A DNA stretch of 17,365 nt, taken from assembly GCA_964419615.1 (NCBI GenBank), contig CAYQPU010000035.1, forward strand, positions 1-17,365, given 5' to 3'. Within the stretch, counting starts at the first letter, position 1; every line of letters begins with the position of its first letter. The notes beneath the pieces were generated by a model. It ran no database searches. It had not been told where the DNA came from and saw only the letters and a list, made by a program, of their open reading frames with translations. Source of the stretch: an uncultured Methanosarcinales archaeon (GTDB lineage: Archaea; Nanobdellota; Nanobdellia; Woesearchaeales; JAGVZT01). Positions 1 to 8,542 of this stretch are shown piece after piece. Both the position numbers and the translations under genes were made by a program.

Positions 1-1423
1 TTTTGTCCAGATTGGATTTTCTTTTTAGGATTAAGTAAGCATGGATTGTTTCTTTATTGGCTATTTGATGAGCACAAATGCAAGATTCTTTCACAAGCGG
101 ATGCAGATTAATTTCTTTTTCAATATCTTCAGCATAAATGTTTTCACCAGTTGACAGAACTATCTTAAAGGCATCTCTACCAGTGAAATATAAATTTCTT
201 TTTTTGTCAAATTTACCAACATCACCTGTTTTGTACCAACCATTAACAAAAGATTCGTCTGTTTTAATCTTATCTTTATAATATCCTTTAGTAACATTTG
301 GACCTTTAATATGAATTTCTCCATTAACAATCTTAACTTGAACATTCTTAACTGGTTTTCCTATTGAACCCAATACTCTTTTATTTATTGATTTGGGAGC
401 TGTTGCAACGGCTGTTACTTCAGTTGCACCATAGCCTTCAACAATTTTAATTCCAATAGATTCTAGTTTTTTTGCTGATTCTTTGTCTAGTGTTGCTCCT
501 CCAAGAATGAAAAATCCTAATGAATTTCCAAATTGAGAATGCACTTTGGAGAATATTTTTCTTCTAAGAAAGACAGGGAGTTTTTCTGAAATCTTAAGCA
601 TTTTTTGTAATGTTGCTAGCTTTCCTGCTTCACTTGCTTTTCTTTCAATTGAAGTCATAAAGTTTCTCATAACTTGGGGAACAATAACCAAGTGGGTACA
701 TTTATTATAATAAAGGGCTCTACTTATTGTTAAGCTGTTAATTTTTGGCAGGAAAATTATTTTGCCTCCAACTTTTGTCATTAGCATTAAATTTATCATT
801 TGCTCAAAAACATGACTTAAAGGAAGTATTGACAATGTCTCATAATATCTTAGTTTTGGAAGAATCGGAACAATTGAATCACAATTAGCTAGCACATTTT
901 CATGAGAGATCATTACACCTTTTGGCTCTGCAGTGGTTCCAGATGTAAATACAATCTCAAATAAATCATTTGGTTGCACCAAGCTAGAATCATATGTCTT
1001 TGGACATAATCTTGATAATTCCACAACATCTTCAATGTAGATTACATTTTTAAGCTCAAAATCCCTTATGAATTTAGATATAATAGCAAGTTTAGGTTTT
1101 GTTTTTTTAATGTATTTTTTTATAGTAGTTCTATTTGTTTTCATATCTGTTGGAATAACAATAACTCCAGTAAAAGCACATGCAATTAGAGATATAACAT
1201 ATCCTATTTGATTTGGCGCCTGGATTATTATTTTGTCTCCTTTCTTCAATCCTTTATTATCAAGATAATTAGCAAAACGTTTAGAAAAATCTACTAAGGC
1301 AGAATATGTTACATTTACATTCCTATGGTTTTCCTTGTATTGAAAAGCGATCTTTGAATCATGCTTTTTACATACATATTCGAAGTAATCTCCTATGGTT
1401 CTTGGTTTATTTGTTTTTTTCAT
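1..1423 (-). CDS. Long-chain fatty acyl-AMP/CoA (or acyl-ACP) ligase, AMP-binding/ANL superfamily; partial, C-terminus runs off the left edge
   Basis: Not in the ORF track because its stop lies outside the window. Manual translation from ATG at 1423 is open for 474 codons (MKKTNKPRTIGDYF...IHAYLILKRKSNLDK). ANL motifs: FTSGTTAEPKG P-loop, LPLSHVFE, GGA, EGYGATE, GEIHIKGPNVTKGYY, GWYKTGDVG, YFTGR, GENIYAEDIE. Confidence 0.92.
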   Translation of the reverse strand, partial: MKKTNKPRTIGDYFEYVCKKHDSKIAFQYKENHRNVNVTYSALVDFSKRFANYLDNKGLKKGDKIIIQAPNQIGYVISLIACAFTGVIVIPTDMKTNRTTIKKYIKKTKPKLAIISKFIRDFELKNVIYIEDVVELSRLCPKTYDSSLVQPNDLFEIVFTSGTTAEPKGVMISHENVLANCDSIVPILPKLRYYETLSILPLSHVFEQMINLMLMTKVGGKIIFLPKINSLTISRALYYNKCTHLVIVPQVMRNFMTSIERKASEAGKLATLQKMLKISEKLPVFLRRKIFSKVHSQFGNSLGFFILGGATLDKESAKKLESIGIKIVEGYGATEVTAVATAPKSINKRVLGSIGKPVKNVQVKIVNGEIHIKGPNVTKGYYKDKIKTDESFVNGWYKTGDVGKFDKKRNLYFTGRDAFKIVLSTGENIYAEDIEKEINLHPLVKESCICAHQIANKETIHAYLILKRKSNLDK

Positions 1424-1745
1424 CTGAACTTATGATAGCTATTGCAATTGCATATTCTTTTTCATGTGAAATACTTATTGATATTTGTTGATTAGTCTGA
1501 TTCATGAGACTTGCACAGGGTTCTCCATTTGTCAGATTTAGTATTTCAACATCTTTCCATGAATTTATAATTTTTGAATCTGCTTTTTTTATTGCTTCTT
1601 TACATGCAAATTTTCCTGCAAGTGATTGAATATTTGCACAAGTAATTTCTTTTTCTGTAAAGATTTGTTTTAGAAATTCTGGTTGCATTGCTTTTTTTTC
1701 AAATCTTTTTATATTCACTATGTCTATTCCTGTGCTGATTTTCAT
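1407..1745 (-). CDS. acpS: Holo-[acyl-carrier-protein] synthase (4'-phosphopantetheinyl transferase, AcpS type)
   Basis: 112 aa with GIDIV (GxD Mg-binding motif), LAGKFACKEAIKKA (F/WxxKEAxxKA) and C-terminal SISISHEKEYAIA. Overlaps the acyl ligase start by 17 bp. Confidence 0.93.
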   Translation of the reverse strand: MKISTGIDIVNIKRFEKKAMQPEFLKQIFTEKEITCANIQSLAGKFACKEAIKKADSKIINSWKDVEILNLTNGEPCASLMNQTNQQISISISHEKEYAIAIAIISSDEKNK

Positions 1746-2395
1746 ATGTATACCTTTGTATTATAAACTTTCATCTCTTGCTCAGATAATTTTTTCCTTT
1801 CCCCAGTACCTGGGAAAACTGTGAATTTATAATCACTAATTTTGGGTATTAAGTGTGGGAAAAAGCTTCTTATGTCATGAGGGTATATTGCCGAATATAG
1901 TTTGTTTTCTTGTTTTTTATCTAAATTTTCAACAATGCATCTAAACAAAAACTGGCTACAGTTGGTGGTTTCTGGTTTATAGAAAAGAGTTGGTTTATAT
2001 ATATCCTTAAACTGAGTTGTGGGTATTTTAGTTTTATCTCTTATTAATGTAAATATCACCAAGCCCAGAGTATTTTTTTTTCCATATCTTAGCTTTCTAG
2101 ATGAATACTTTATTAAAGTTTTAAGTAATTTTTTGCTTATATTTGGAAATAGCTGGTCCCTTAACCTATAAATGTGAAAATACTTTTTTCCGCCTGTATA
2201 GTTGTCTATTGAATCAATATTAACACCTTTTCGGTTGCTTGCCTCAATGATTTTATTTTTTCCAATGTATACTGCAGAAGTATTTAAGTAATTACCAGTA
2301 ATAAATCTTGATAGAGTGGACATATATCTTCTTTTTATTCTTGAAATGATAATGTCACTAGGTTTAATAATTAGTTTTTTTCTTAATTGGACCAT
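1742..2395 (-). CDS. Permuted papain-like NlpC/P60 (YiiX/YebB/LRAT-like) protein, expected catalytic His absent
   Basis: Motif order KPSDII...SAVYIG...IIEA...GV...IYR...RYG...TNCSQF...IYPHDI fits circularly permuted NlpC/P60 enzymes. Cys146 is present; Thr39 occupies the His position. ATGA overlap with acpS. Confidence 0.62.
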   Translation of the reverse strand: MVQLRKKLIIKPSDIIISRIKRRYMSTLSRFITGNYLNTSAVYIGKNKIIEASNRKGVNIDSIDNYTGGKKYFHIYRLRDQLFPNISKKLLKTLIKYSSRKLRYGKKNTLGLVIFTLIRDKTKIPTTQFKDIYKPTLFYKPETTNCSQFLFRCIVENLDKKQENKLYSAIYPHDIRSFFPHLIPKISDYKFTVFPGTGERKKLSEQEMKVYNTKVYI

Positions 2396-2419
2396 AGCTA
2401 TTACCAGTTAAGGCTATTG

Positions 2420-2638
2420 TTATTTATTCTTTAGGTCTAAATCAGCTTGGTCAACCAAAGCCTTAAACTCAGACCATTTCTCAACTGGAATTCTAACTCC
2501 TTGTTTTGTAAAGCCAGTGTATTTTTCAGTTGTAATGAATTTTCTTATTGTAAGTCCAGGTTTACCATCATATTCATCAATTCTGACTTTAATAGTGGTT
2601 GATTCTGTTAGTCCGATTTCTCCAATATCTTTTTCCAT
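2420..2638 (-). CDS. PC4/p15 (Sub1/YdbC-like) single-stranded DNA-binding protein
   Basis: 72 aa; IKVRIDEYDGKPGLTIRKF...FTKQGVRIPVEKWSEFK parallels the PC4 core (VsVreFkGk.lidIRey...p.kKGisL..eqW). A GGGGGGA tract precedes the ATG. Confidence 0.8.
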   Translation of the reverse strand: MEKDIGEIGLTESTTIKVRIDEYDGKPGLTIRKFITTEKYTGFTKQGVRIPVEKWSEFKALVDQADLDLKNK

Positions 2639-2697
2639 TTTCCCCCCAATACAATATATATAAATATATTATAAAATATTAAAAATTTAGGAAGTAT

Positions 2698-4443
2698 TTA
2701 TTTCTTTTGGGTTTTGTAAAGTTCTTGTACTTCTTTTATTGAAGTAATGTCTTGCAAGCCCCTGTCTTGTCTTAGTTTAGAAACACTTGGGAATCTTAGA
2801 GCATAGCCTGACTCATAGGTTGGAGATTTTTGAATTTCTTGGTAATCAATTTCGATTATTATTTCAGGCTTTACCTTTACAGTTCGACCAGTCTCACTTG
2901 TGACTAATGGTTTTATTAAATTAGTTATTTCTTGAAAGCTTAGGCCTTCTGATGCTTTTTCTTTTAATCCTGTTGAAGATTTACCAATTGTTAAAAGTTC
3001 ACCTTCATCATTAATGCAGGCAAGTGTGTAAGATGTTAACCATCCCGAGCGTTTTCCTTTACCCCATTCTGCAGCCACAATTACTAAATCCATGCTTTCC
3101 ATTGTGGGTTTTAGTTTTACCATGTAACCAACACGAGCTCCAGGTTTGTAAGGTGCATCAAGTTTCTTCATCATTACTCCTTCTTGTTCGTTTTCTAATG
3201 CTTCTTTGTAAAATTGTTCTACTTGTTTGGGATCAGATGTTACAATTTTCTTTGACAGAACTACCTTTTTGTTTATTTGCTTAGTAATTTCTTCTAAGAT
3301 CTTTCTTCGCTCTTTAAAAGGTGTGTCCAACATCTGTTTATTATTAAAGTATATTAAGTCAAATAGATTCAGTTCAACTGGAAGTTCTTTGGTCATCTGC
3401 TCTATATTGTATTTTCTTCTTATTCTTTGGGATACACTTTGAAATGGAAGATATTTCTTGGTTTCTGGGTTAAACCCTACTGCTTCTCCTTCAATTATAA
3501 AATTATTACCTTTTACATTTTCCTTTACATATTTTACAATGTTTGGGAACTGGTGTGTGACATTTTCCAATCTTCTGGTAAATATCTGGATTCTTTTGCT
3601 TTTGTGTATCTGCATTCTGAATCCATCATATTTGTATTCAACTTGACAGGGTTTACCAACTTTTTCAAAACCATCCTCAATGTTTTCTATTTTTAGAGAT
3701 AACATTACATTAATTGGATTACCAACCACAACTTCAACTTTGTCTAAATGTTTGATCCCTTGTTTTGCTTTTTTGATAACAATAGTTAGATCATTTGTGA
3801 GATCTAGTGCTTTTTGAGTTACATCACAATATTCATTGTATTTTTCTCTATCCTCTACCTTAATATCATTTGACTCGGGATCATAAGTGATGTTCAGTTC
3901 GTCTGCATAATATGCCCACACTATTGCATCTCTAAGCGAGCCTTTGCCCACACCAAATCTCATTTCTTCAAGTACTGTTCGAACAATATATTTTGCTTCA
4001 TTTGGCTTTGAGTTTGTTAACAGCTCAGCAATTAATGAAATTTTTCTGTCTATTGATCCAGATCCTTCTAATTTGGGAAGTTTTTTTAGATTGTTGAATA
4101 CTTTTTCTACTGAAAGATCAGAAGAAAATAGAGTTGATTGGCTTTTTGTTTTGATCATCTCAGATGCAACTAAACCAAGGTCTCCTTTTTGTTTCCATAA
4201 ATTTTCTATGTCACTTGCTGAGTTTCCAGATGCTTTTTGAATTGCTTTTACAACTATTTTTGAAGCTACACCTAGTTTGGAATTATCATACCCGGGAAAT
4301 ACTCTTCCATTTAATAGAAGCATGATTTTACCCAAATCTTTGTTTGTATGTTTTAAAAACTCAGAGATTATTGATGTTTTTTCTAGTCTTTTTGAGGTGT
4401 TTTCTAGCTTTTCATATACTTCAACAAGTTTTGAATATTTCAT
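2698..4443 (-). CDS. lig: ATP-dependent DNA ligase (archaeal type, DBD + NTase + OB)
   Basis: 581 aa; motif I EYKYDGFR (adenylated Lys), III IIEGE, IIIa LFDLIY, IV EGVMMK, V MVKLK, VI ALRFP; N-terminal DNA-binding domain. Confidence 0.97.
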   Translation of the reverse strand: MKYSKLVEVYEKLENTSKRLEKTSIISEFLKHTNKDLGKIMLLLNGRVFPGYDNSKLGVASKIVVKAIQKASGNSASDIENLWKQKGDLGLVASEMIKTKSQSTLFSSDLSVEKVFNNLKKLPKLEGSGSIDRKISLIAELLTNSKPNEAKYIVRTVLEEMRFGVGKGSLRDAIVWAYYADELNITYDPESNDIKVEDREKYNEYCDVTQKALDLTNDLTIVIKKAKQGIKHLDKVEVVVGNPINVMLSLKIENIEDGFEKVGKPCQVEYKYDGFRMQIHKSKRIQIFTRRLENVTHQFPNIVKYVKENVKGNNFIIEGEAVGFNPETKKYLPFQSVSQRIRRKYNIEQMTKELPVELNLFDLIYFNNKQMLDTPFKERRKILEEITKQINKKVVLSKKIVTSDPKQVEQFYKEALENEQEGVMMKKLDAPYKPGARVGYMVKLKPTMESMDLVIVAAEWGKGKRSGWLTSYTLACINDEGELLTIGKSSTGLKEKASEGLSFQEITNLIKPLVTSETGRTVKVKPEIIIEIDYQEIQKSPTYESGYALRFPSVSKLRQDRGLQDITSIKEVQELYKTQKK

Positions 4444-4465
4444 GATTTAGATGATTTTTTGGAGA

Positions 4466-4473
4466 TTTAAAAA
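4466..4473 (-). promoter_or_regulatory. Putative TATA box of lig (TTTTTAAA on minus strand)
   Basis: Lies at -30..-23 from the ATG at 4443, the same spacing as at several other genes in the window. Confidence 0.5.
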
Positions 4474-4495
4474 GGTTTTGAATTGAATAATAAAA

Positions 4496-4503
4496 TTTAT
4501 ATA
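4496..4503 (+). promoter_or_regulatory. Putative TATA box (TTTATATA) with purine-rich upstream BRE-like tract
   Basis: Consensus archaeal TATA box at -30..-23 from the ATG at 4526; divergent from the lig promoter. Confidence 0.6.
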
Positions 4504-4525
4504 CTCCGCAGTAATTACACTTTAT

Positions 4526-4903
4526 ATGAGTAAAAATCAAGATGCAGTGGAAGATTTTTTCACAACTGAAATGATTTATAGAGAAATACATGAGATAGAA
4601 GGCTTGAATCTCAACATACCTATTATAGTTGGTTTTATTTCAATTTCAGAGAAATGCCCAAGATTGGAATATAGAGCAATGATGTATTTTCCCAATTCAG
4701 GTGGATATAATCCAAAATTAGACATAATACCTAAAGTTGAAGCTGAAGGAAAAACAATTGATGATGCTTGCGTAGGTTTAATTGAAAAATTAGTTGAATA
4801 CCACTCATTTCTGGTTGAGGCTGAGAGTTTTGAAACTCAAAATCCAGATTACATAATGCACAAAAAATATCTTGATCTTATCATGGTTAAAGAACAAGAA
4901 TAA
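4526..4903 (+). CDS. Hypothetical protein, possible HicB-like fold
   Basis: 125 aa ORF with its own TATA box. AEGKTIDDACVGLIEKLVEY resembles the HicB/UPF0150 G.T.eEA...l.eai..y motif; the resemblance is weak. Confidence 0.55.
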   Translation: MSKNQDAVEDFFTTEMIYREIHEIEGLNLNIPIIVGFISISEKCPRLEYRAMMYFPNSGGYNPKLDIIPKVEAEGKTIDDACVGLIEKLVEYHSFLVEAESFETQNPDYIMHKKYLDLIMVKEQE

Positions 4904-5029
4904 CACTGGCTCTTATTCACTCCTAAAATATTAAGCTTACAATTTAACTCATTTTTTATTAAGTTAACACAAAGGGAATAAATATTAAAAAACCCAAAAA
5001 TATATATACACCTAGAATCTTGCATAGAT

Positions 5030-8000
5030 TTGAAAAAGAGTGTTAACATGACAAAGATTAACAAAATTGTGATGCATGGATTCAAATCTTTTGCCAAAAG
5101 AACTGAGCTTGTTTTTGGTGATCATTTTAATTCTGTTCTAGGTCCAAATGGATCAGGAAAATCAAATGTTCTTGATGCTATTTGTTTTGTTTTGGGAAGA
5201 TTGTCGTCTAAGAGTCTTAGGGCAGAAAAATCTGCAAATTTAATATATAATGGTGGGAAGAAAAAGAGCCCTTCAAAAAAAGCAGAAGTTTCTATTTATT
5301 TTGATAATTCGAATAAAACTTTTCCAAGTAATGAAAGTGAGATTAAGATTTCTAGGATTGTTAAAAAGACCGGACAATCTGTTTACAAGATTAATGATAA
5401 GACTTCAACAAGACAGCAGATTCTTGATTTAATGTCAGTTGCTAAGATAGATCCCGATGGATATAATATTATTTTGCAGGGAGATATTGTTAGGTTTGTT
5501 GAGATGTCAAGTGTTGAAAGAAGACAGGTATTAGAAGAGATATCAGGTATTTCTATTTATCAGGATAAGAAAAATAAAGCTATGAATGAGCTAGATAAGG
5601 TAGAAGATAGTTTAAAAGAAGCTGAGATTATTTTAACTGAAAGAGAGACTTATCTTAAAGAGCTTAGAAAGGAGAGAAACCAAGCTGCAAAATATAAAGA
5701 TATGAAAGATAAGATTGATAGCAGTAAAGCAACTGTGCTTCATAATCAAATTGAAGAGAAAAAAGAAGATAAAGAGAAGTTTGAGAATAGGAAAGAAAAA
5801 GATGAAGTCAAGCTTGAAAAGATTGGAAAGGAGATTGTTGATGTCAAAGATAAGATTCAAGGTGCAAGGAATGGTGTTTATGATCTGACTTCTGAGATTG
5901 AAAAAAAGGGTGAAAAAGAGCAAGTCCAGATTATGAAGAATCTTGAAGGTCTTAGAGTTGAGATAGCAACTAATAAAACTAAAATTGAGAATTTGCAGCA
6001 AGAGCTTGGAAAGATTGTTGTTAGAAGAGAACAATTAAAGACTGACAGCAAGGATATTTCTTCAAAAAATAGTGGTATTGAAAATAGGACTCAGGAACTT
6101 GAAAAGAAAAAAGTTCAAATTGACAGAGAATTAAATGATATTTTGAAAACTATTGATAATTTTAAGCAGAAGAGAAATTTGGGTGAGATTCCTCAAATTG
6201 AGGCTGAAGTTTCAGAGATTGACAATAATGTTGATGAATTACAAAAGAGTGTTCAAGAGCTTAGGGAAACTCAGCAGAATTTGCTTAGAGAAAAAGACAG
6301 AGTAGAGTACAAGATCTCAACTTTGGATGATCGTATTGATAAAGTTAAGGAAGTAGAAATTGAGCATAAAAAAGAGCTTGATGTTTTAAAGGATAAGAAA
6401 TCATCATTTAAGAAAATTACAGTGGAACTAAATAAGAACCTTGCAGATGATTCTAGTTTTGCAGCGCAAATTGGTAAGAAAAGACAAGACCTTGTGGATG
6501 TTGAACAAGAGTTGTCAAGACTTAAGACCAGATCAGTTGGTATTAGGGAAAGAATGTCTGCCAATATTGCTGTAAAAAAGATTATGGAGCAAAAGAAAAG
6601 CATTAAAGGTATTTATGGTACTGTTGGTGAGCTTGGAACTGTTGGTACAAAGTATTCTATGGCTTTGGAAATTGCAGCTGGAAGTAAAGTTAATAATGTT
6701 GTTGTTAAAGATGATAAGGTTGCAGCTAAGTGTATTGGCTACCTAAAAAAGAATAAACTTGGAAGAGCGACTTTTTTACCAATCAACAAAATCAGGAAAA
6801 TGAGCACTAATCCAGATGTTAAGAGATTAGCTAAATCAAGAGGTTGCAGTGGTATTGCGGTTGACCTTGTTGATTTTGATTCAAAGTTTAAAGTTATTTT
6901 TAATTATTTATTTTCAAATACTCTTGTAGTTGATGATATTAATGTTGCACGAAGGATTGGGATTGGCAGTGCAAGGATGGTCACATTAGAAGGTGATCTT
7001 GCTGAACGATCTGGTGCTATGACTGGTGGTTTTAGAAAAAGAAAATCAGGACTTGGTTTCCAGGAAAAAGAAACTTCTAAAGGTATTAATGAGCTTGAAT
7101 CTCAAGTTTTGGAATTACAAAATGTTGTAAGGGTCCTTTCTAAGAGAAGATTGGAGAATGAACAAGATATTATTGATCTTAGAAAGGAAAAAGCCAGCCT
7201 TGAAGGAGAAATTATTAAGATTGAAAAGAGTCTTCATCTTGAAAAAGGAGATGTAGGAGTTAATAAAAAGGAGAAGACTTTGCTAAGAGAAGAATTAAAA
7301 CAATTAACTAGAACTATTGAACAAAAGAATAAAGATATTCAAAAGTTTAATGGTGAATTTGCAAAGTTAAAAGCTAGTAAGCAAGTATTAAGAAGCAAGA
7401 TTGGAGATCTACAAAATCCGGAACTGCTTGCTGAGCTTAATACTTTTGAGGACAAGAAGAATGATCTTAAGGAAGAATTGCTTCAAACAGAGCACGAGAT
7501 TAAGTCAGCACATATGCAACTAAAGGAATTGCTTGGTCCTGAACTTGAAAAGATACAAAAGATCATTAAACAGCTTGATAAGGAAGAAGTTAGTTTTGAG
7601 AAAGATCTGAAAAAGACTAAGGAGTTTGTTAAAAAGCAAGAAGAGGAGCTAAAGCATAAAGAGAAGAAACAAAAGGCATTTTATTCTAAATTTAAGGAGC
7701 TGTTTAATGAGAGAGACAAGCTAAATAAGAAGCAAAGAGATCTTGAGGTAAAAAAGGCCAGGCTTGAGGATCAAAGCAGAGACATTGAGATGAGAATCAA
7801 TAATATTGCTTTGAAAAATGCTGCTGTGACTGCTGAGTTAAGTGGTCTTGAAAAAGAGTATGAACAATTCCATGGTGTGCCAATACTGCGACAAAGAAAT
7901 ATTTCAGCGATTAAGGCTGAGATCACTCGGTTTGAAAATTTGGTTTTAGCTATGGGTAATGTAAATCTTAAAGCTTTGGAGATTTATGATAGTGTTCATA

Positions 8001-8542
8001 AGGAGTATGAGCATTTGCTAAAGAAAAAAGATTTACTTGAAAAAGAAAAAGAAGATGTTATGAAATTAATGGATGAGATCGAAGGTAGAAAAGCTGAGTT
8101 ATTTATGAAGACTTTTGATAGTGTTAATGAACACTTTATGCAGATTTTTAATCAACTGACTGCTAAAGGTAGGGCTCATTTAGCATTAGACAATCCAAAG
8201 GATCCATTTGATGGCGGTGTTAGGATTAGAGTTAAGATTACTGGAAGAAGGTTTATGGATATCAGAAGCTTGTCTGGTGGTGAGAAGACTTTGACTGCTT
8301 TGGCTTTGATCTTCTCTGTTCAAGAACATGATCCTGCTTCATTTTATGTTTTAGATGAAGTTGATGCTGCACTTGATAAGCACAATTCTGAGAAGTTAGC
8401 TAAGCTTGTTAGAAAGTATTCTGATCATGCTCAATATATTATTGTGACCCATAATGATGCTATTATTTCTGAAGCAGATAATCTTTATGGTGTCTCAATG
8501 GATGAACATTCTATTAGTAAGGTTGTTAGTTTGAAGATTTAG
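5030..8542 (+). CDS. smc: Chromosome segregation protein SMC (start TTG 5030 or ATG 5048)
   Basis: Walker A GPNGSGKS, Q-loop IILQGD, two long coiled coils around a hinge (GIYG...GRATFLP...GDL...GAMTGG), signature LSGGEK, Walker B/D-loop YVLDEVDAALD, H-loop IVTH. Confidence 0.98.
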   Translation: MKKSVNMTKINKIVMHGFKSFAKRTELVFGDHFNSVLGPNGSGKSNVLDAICFVLGRLSSKSLRAEKSANLIYNGGKKKSPSKKAEVSIYFDNSNKTFPSNESEIKISRIVKKTGQSVYKINDKTSTRQQILDLMSVAKIDPDGYNIILQGDIVRFVEMSSVERRQVLEEISGISIYQDKKNKAMNELDKVEDSLKEAEIILTERETYLKELRKERNQAAKYKDMKDKIDSSKATVLHNQIEEKKEDKEKFENRKEKDEVKLEKIGKEIVDVKDKIQGARNGVYDLTSEIEKKGEKEQVQIMKNLEGLRVEIATNKTKIENLQQELGKIVVRREQLKTDSKDISSKNSGIENRTQELEKKKVQIDRELNDILKTIDNFKQKRNLGEIPQIEAEVSEIDNNVDELQKSVQELRETQQNLLREKDRVEYKISTLDDRIDKVKEVEIEHKKELDVLKDKKSSFKKITVELNKNLADDSSFAAQIGKKRQDLVDVEQELSRLKTRSVGIRERMSANIAVKKIMEQKKSIKGIYGTVGELGTVGTKYSMALEIAAGSKVNNVVVKDDKVAAKCIGYLKKNKLGRATFLPINKIRKMSTNPDVKRLAKSRGCSGIAVDLVDFDSKFKVIFNYLFSNTLVVDDINVARRIGIGSARMVTLEGDLAERSGAMTGGFRKRKSGLGFQEKETSKGINELESQVLELQNVVRVLSKRRLENEQDIIDLRKEKASLEGEIIKIEKSLHLEKGDVGVNKKEKTLLREELKQLTRTIEQKNKDIQKFNGEFAKLKASKQVLRSKIGDLQNPELLAELNTFEDKKNDLKEELLQTEHEIKSAHMQLKELLGPELEKIQKIIKQLDKEEVSFEKDLKKTKEFVKKQEEELKHKEKKQKAFYSKFKELFNERDKLNKKQRDLEVKKARLEDQSRDIEMRINNIALKNAAVTAELSGLEKEYEQFHGVPILRQRNISAIKAEITRFENLVLAMGNVNLKALEIYDSVHKEYEHLLKKKDLLEKEKEDVMKLMDEIEGRKAELFMKTFDSVNEHFMQIFNQLTAKGRAHLALDNPKDPFDGGVRIRVKITGRRFMDIRSLSGGEKTLTALALIFSVQEHDPASFYVLDEVDAALDKHNSEKLAKLVRKYSDHAQYIIVTHNDAIISEADNLYGVSMDEHSISKVVSLKI

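Noticed and set aside
160-345. 61-aa minus-strand ORF from the track
   Set aside because: It is an alternative frame inside the acyl-AMP ligase, whose true frame carries all the ANL motifs.
3024-4240. Several plus-strand ORFs of 62-98 aa
   Set aside because: Antisense shadows of DNA ligase with no motifs.
4849-5097. 82-aa minus-strand ORF considered as a HicA toxin partner
   Set aside because: It overlaps both neighbours and the smc promoter, is hydrophobic, and has no HicA-like GSH motif.
5250-6603. ORFs 5250-5432 (+), 5633-6034 (-) and 6271-6603 (-)
   Set aside because: They lie inside smc. The Phe/Leu/Ser-rich minus-strand products are the expected antisense of Lys/Glu-rich coiled-coil codons.
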